Assembly: GCA_963772835.1 (NCBI GenBank)
Contig: CAVYYZ010000017.1
Span: 1-17,347 of the forward strand
Direction of reading: 5' to 3'
Length of the DNA stretch: 17,347 nucleotides
Source: an uncultured delta proteobacterium
Lineage (GTDB): Bacteria > Desulfobacterota > Desulfuromonadia > Geobacterales > Pseudopelobacteraceae
Below the pieces are notes generated by a model. It was given only the letters and a program-made list of their open reading frames with translations. It ran no database searches and had not been told where the DNA came from. Both the position numbers and the translations under genes were made by a program. Of the stretch, positions 14,560 to 17,347 are shown piece after piece. The first letter of the stretch is position 1. Every line of letters starts with the position of its first letter.

Positions 14560-15813
14560 GTGAAAAAATATCTTGTCATTTTGACCGTAGTTGTCTGTAT
14601 CGCCGGTATTGCCGGTTTTTCAGTCTATAAACGTACACCCGAAGTCAGCTACAAGACCGCCAGGATCGAACGCGGCACGATTGTTTCTGCAGTAGCAGCA
14701 ACCGGAAACCTTTCGGCGGTAACCACAGTTCAGGTCGGTACTCAAGTGTCCGGGACGATCCAGAAACTCTATGTTGATTTCAATTCACGTGTCAAAAAAG
14801 GGCAGGCCATAGCCGAAATAGATCCTTCACTGTTTAATGCATCGGTGGAACAATCCCGCGGAAATTATCTCAGTGCCGAAGCCAATCTGCAAAAAAGCAA
14901 AGTTGCTCTGGCCGATGCGGAGCGCACCTTCACCCGCAATAAAAAACTGCTGGCGGATGGGATAATTTCTCAAGGGGATTATGATGCGGCCGAGACGGCG
15001 TTGCAATCATCCAAAGCATCCGTTAATGCGGCGGAGGGGGCTCTTGCCCAGGCTCGCGGTTCGATGATGCAGTCCAAAACCAACCTGCGCTACTCGACGA
15101 TCCGCTCGCCGGTTGATGGAGTCGTAATCTCCCGTGCAATAGATGTCGGTCAGACAGTTGCCGCCTCATTTTCCACTCCGACGCTTTTCACCATTGCTCA
15201 GGATCTGACCAAGATGCAGATAGAGGTCAGTGTCGATGAAGCCGACATCAGCCGGATCCAGATGCAGCAGATCGTCAGTTTCACCGTTGACTCATACCCG
15301 GAACAGACATTCCGCGGCAAAGTCATCCAGATTCGTAGCGCTCCGGTTATCACCCAGAATGTTGTCACCTATGTTGTGGTCGTCAGTGTTGATAACAGTG
15401 ACATGAAACTGAAGCCGGGTATGACGGCGAACGCATCGATAGTAGTGGCAAAGAAGGATGATGTCCTTAAGCTGCCACCGGCCGCCCTGCGCTTCAAGCC
15501 GAAAGCAAAGGGTGATGATCAGAAAGAGAAGACAAATGGCGCTTCCTCCCAGAAACCCGCCGGTGCCGGCGGACCGGGCGGTGGGGGCAAAGGCACTTCC
15601 GGAAAAGCCCGGGAGAGAACTCTGCAGGTGTACCAGCTTGTAGAAGGAAAGCCGGTTGCCGCAGCGATAAAAACCGGGATTGCAAATAACAGCAGCATCG
15701 AACTGACGGAGAGCACTTTGAAGGAAGGTGATGAAGTCATCATCGAGCAGATTGGCGGCGATATGAAGAAAAAAGCGGGATCGAGCAGCTCGCCGATGGG
15801 TCCACGCTTCTAA
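14560..15813 (+). CDS. periplasmic adaptor (membrane fusion protein), MacA-like
   Basis: N-terminal TM anchor, VQVGTQVSGTIQKLYVDFNSRVKKGQ lipoyl half, alpha-hairpin, IRSPVDGVVISR, VDEADI, LKPGMTA. Confidence 0.94.
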   Translation: MKKYLVILTVVVCIAGIAGFSVYKRTPEVSYKTARIERGTIVSAVAATGNLSAVTTVQVGTQVSGTIQKLYVDFNSRVKKGQAIAEIDPSLFNASVEQSRGNYLSAEANLQKSKVALADAERTFTRNKKLLADGIISQGDYDAAETALQSSKASVNAAEGALAQARGSMMQSKTNLRYSTIRSPVDGVVISRAIDVGQTVAASFSTPTLFTIAQDLTKMQIEVSVDEADISRIQMQQIVSFTVDSYPEQTFRGKVIQIRSAPVITQNVVTYVVVVSVDNSDMKLKPGMTANASIVVAKKDDVLKLPPAALRFKPKAKGDDQKEKTNGASSQKPAGAGGPGGGGKGTSGKARERTLQVYQLVEGKPVAAAIKTGIANNSSIELTESTLKEGDEVIIEQIGGDMKKKAGSSSSPMGPRF

Positions 15814-16521
15814 ATGAACAGCGTCATTTCCTTAACAGGTATCCGTCGGGTCTTCATCATGGGGGATCAGGAGTTTGAGGCCCTCAAGGGGGTCTCCTTC
15901 GATGTCGGCGCCGGTGAATTCGTCGCCATCATGGGTGCATCAGGCAGCGGAAAATCGACCTGCATGAATATCCTCGGCTGTCTTGATCGCCCCACCTCCG
16001 GTAGTTATCTTCTGGACGGCCTTGACGTGGGGGGTATGTCACCCAATCAGCTGGCTGATATTCGCAACAATAAACTCGGTTTTGTTTTTCAGGGATTCAA
16101 CCTGCTGGCTCGTACCGCCGCGATTGAAAATGTAGAGCTGCCGCTGGTGTACACCGGTATTCATGGCAAAGAACGGCGTAAGAAAGCCCTGATTGCCATG
16201 GAACAGGTCGGCCTCTCCGGCAAAGAGAACAATCACTCGAGCCAATTGTCTGGGGGGCAGCAGCAGCGGGTTGCAATCGCCCGCGCCCTTGTCAACAATC
16301 CTGCCGTAATTCTGGCCGATGAACCGACCGGAAACCTTGACAGCAGAACCAGCGAAGAAATTATGGGGCTTTTTACCAGCCTGAACAGGCAGGGGATCAC
16401 CATTATCATGGTAACCCACGAGCATGACGTGGCTGCCTATGCCGGTCGGCAGATAACGTTTCGTGACGGCCTCATCATATCCGATACTCTGAACAGCAGT
16501 ATGACTGGCCAGCCGGTGTAA
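15814..16521 (+). CDS. ABC transporter ATP-binding subunit, MacB/LolD family
   Basis: Walker [50 protein letters not shown]; abuts the upstream gene. Confidence 0.95.
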   Translation: MNSVISLTGIRRVFIMGDQEFEALKGVSFDVGAGEFVAIMGASGSGKSTCMNILGCLDRPTSGSYLLDGLDVGGMSPNQLADIRNNKLGFVFQGFNLLARTAAIENVELPLVYTGIHGKERRKKALIAMEQVGLSGKENNHSSQLSGGQQQRVAIARALVNNPAVILADEPTGNLDSRTSEEIMGLFTSLNRQGITIIMVTHEHDVAAYAGRQITFRDGLIISDTLNSSMTGQPV

Positions 16522-16524
16522 TCC

Positions 16525-17347
16525 ATGGACTTTCTTCAGACTCTCAAAATAGCCCTCCGGGCCCTGCGAACCAACAAGATGCGCTCGTTCCTCACCATGC
16601 TCGGCATCATCATCGGTATTGCTGCCGTGATTGCCATGATGGCGGTCGGCACAGGGGCAAGCTATGTCATTTCCCAACAGATTGCCAGCATCGGCAGCAA
16701 CATCATTCTGGTGCTGCCCGGTTCTACGACCAGCGGCGGTCTTCGCACCGGAAGCGGCGGAGCCCAGACGCTCTCCAGTGATGATGCCCGGGCGATCATG
16801 ACCGAGTGCCCTTCAGTTGAATACGCGGCAGGGACCGTACGAACTTCGGGGCAGTTAGTCTATGGCAATATGAACTGGTCGTCAGTTGTCATGGGCGCGA
16901 CTCCCGAACTGTTCGATATTCGCGAATGGCCGGTTGTCAGTGGTCGATCAATCAGCCAGCAGGATGTGGATGGTGCCGTCAAAGTCTGTCTGGTGGGTCA
17001 GACGGTCGCCGATAATCTTTTCGGTTCCGCCGATCCAGTAGGGAATATCATCAGGATAAAAAAAATTCCGTTCACGATCATCGGGGTCCTTGACCGCAAA
17101 GGGCAGTCACCTCAGGGACAGGATCAGGATGATGCGGTTTTTGTGCCGTTACGCACCGCTCAGCGTAACCTTGTCCGATCGCAACGTACCGGCGTGGTCA
17201 GTGCCATTATCGTCAAGGCAAAGAGTGAAGAACTGATCGACAAAGCTGAAGGTGAAATCCAGTCGCTTCTCAACCAACGCCATCGAATTACGAACAGCAA
17301 GGAACCGGATTTCTCGACCCGCAACCTGTCAGAAATTCTGGCCGTTG
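16525..17347 (+). CDS. ABC transporter permease, MacB/FtsX family (3' partial; absent from ORF track)
   Basis: ATG 16525 translates MDFLQTLKIALRALRTNKMRSFLTMLGIIIGIAAVIAMMAVGTGA..., the canonical MacB TM1, followed by the periplasmic domain. The frame appears open to the window end. Confidence 0.93.
   Translation, partial: MDFLQTLKIALRALRTNKMRSFLTMLGIIIGIAAVIAMMAVGTGASYVISQQIASIGSNIILVLPGSTTSGGLRTGSGGAQTLSSDDARAIMTECPSVEYAAGTVRTSGQLVYGNMNWSSVVMGATPELFDIREWPVVSGRSISQQDVDGAVKVCLVGQTVADNLFGSADPVGNIIRIKKIPFTIIGVLDRKGQSPQGQDQDDAVFVPLRTAQRNLVRSQRTGVVSAIIVKAKSEELIDKAEGEIQSLLNQRHRITNSKEPDFSTRNLSEILAV

Noticed and set aside
15559..15603. GC-rich, Gly-rich low-complexity stretch in the MacA-like gene
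   Set aside because: Disordered Gly-rich linkers are common near the C-terminus of such adaptors; it is not a DNA repeat element.
80..16677. Numerous antisense or alternate-frame ORFs in the track (e.g. 80-553 -, 354-770 -, 6893-7372 +, 7644-8258 +, 9357-9914 +, 16039-16677 -)
   Set aside because: They are shadows of well-supported genes, with no recognisable motifs or translation signals.

Overview
Gene-dense chromosomal window. Gene content and order resemble a Geobacteraceae/Desulfuromonadales-type deltaproteobacterium; this is inferred, not verified. The + strand carries the 3' part of a RodZ/DUF4115-like membrane protein, a signalling cluster (receiver protein, universal stress protein, sensor-less receiver-histidine kinase, second receiver protein) and an FAD-dependent oxidoreductase. 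The - strand carries a tightly coupled 7-gene operon (lon - mlaE-like - EVE-domain - mlaF-like - long MCE/mlaD-like - active M16 peptidase - inactive M16 partner) with a clear sigma70 promoter, preceded by a conserved-looking hypothetical gene. A MacAB-type ABC exporter operon on the + strand runs off the right end. The most notable item is missing from the ORF track: a compact transcription unit at about 14278-14488 with a promoter, a strong RBS, a 20-aa Arg-rich, two-Cys peptide ORF (MWTARFRIRPVSHCKEGCPL), hairpins and a strong terminator, directly upstream of the exporter. It is a candidate RiPP precursor or a leader-peptide attenuator. No mobile elements, CRISPR arrays, tRNA or rRNA were seen.
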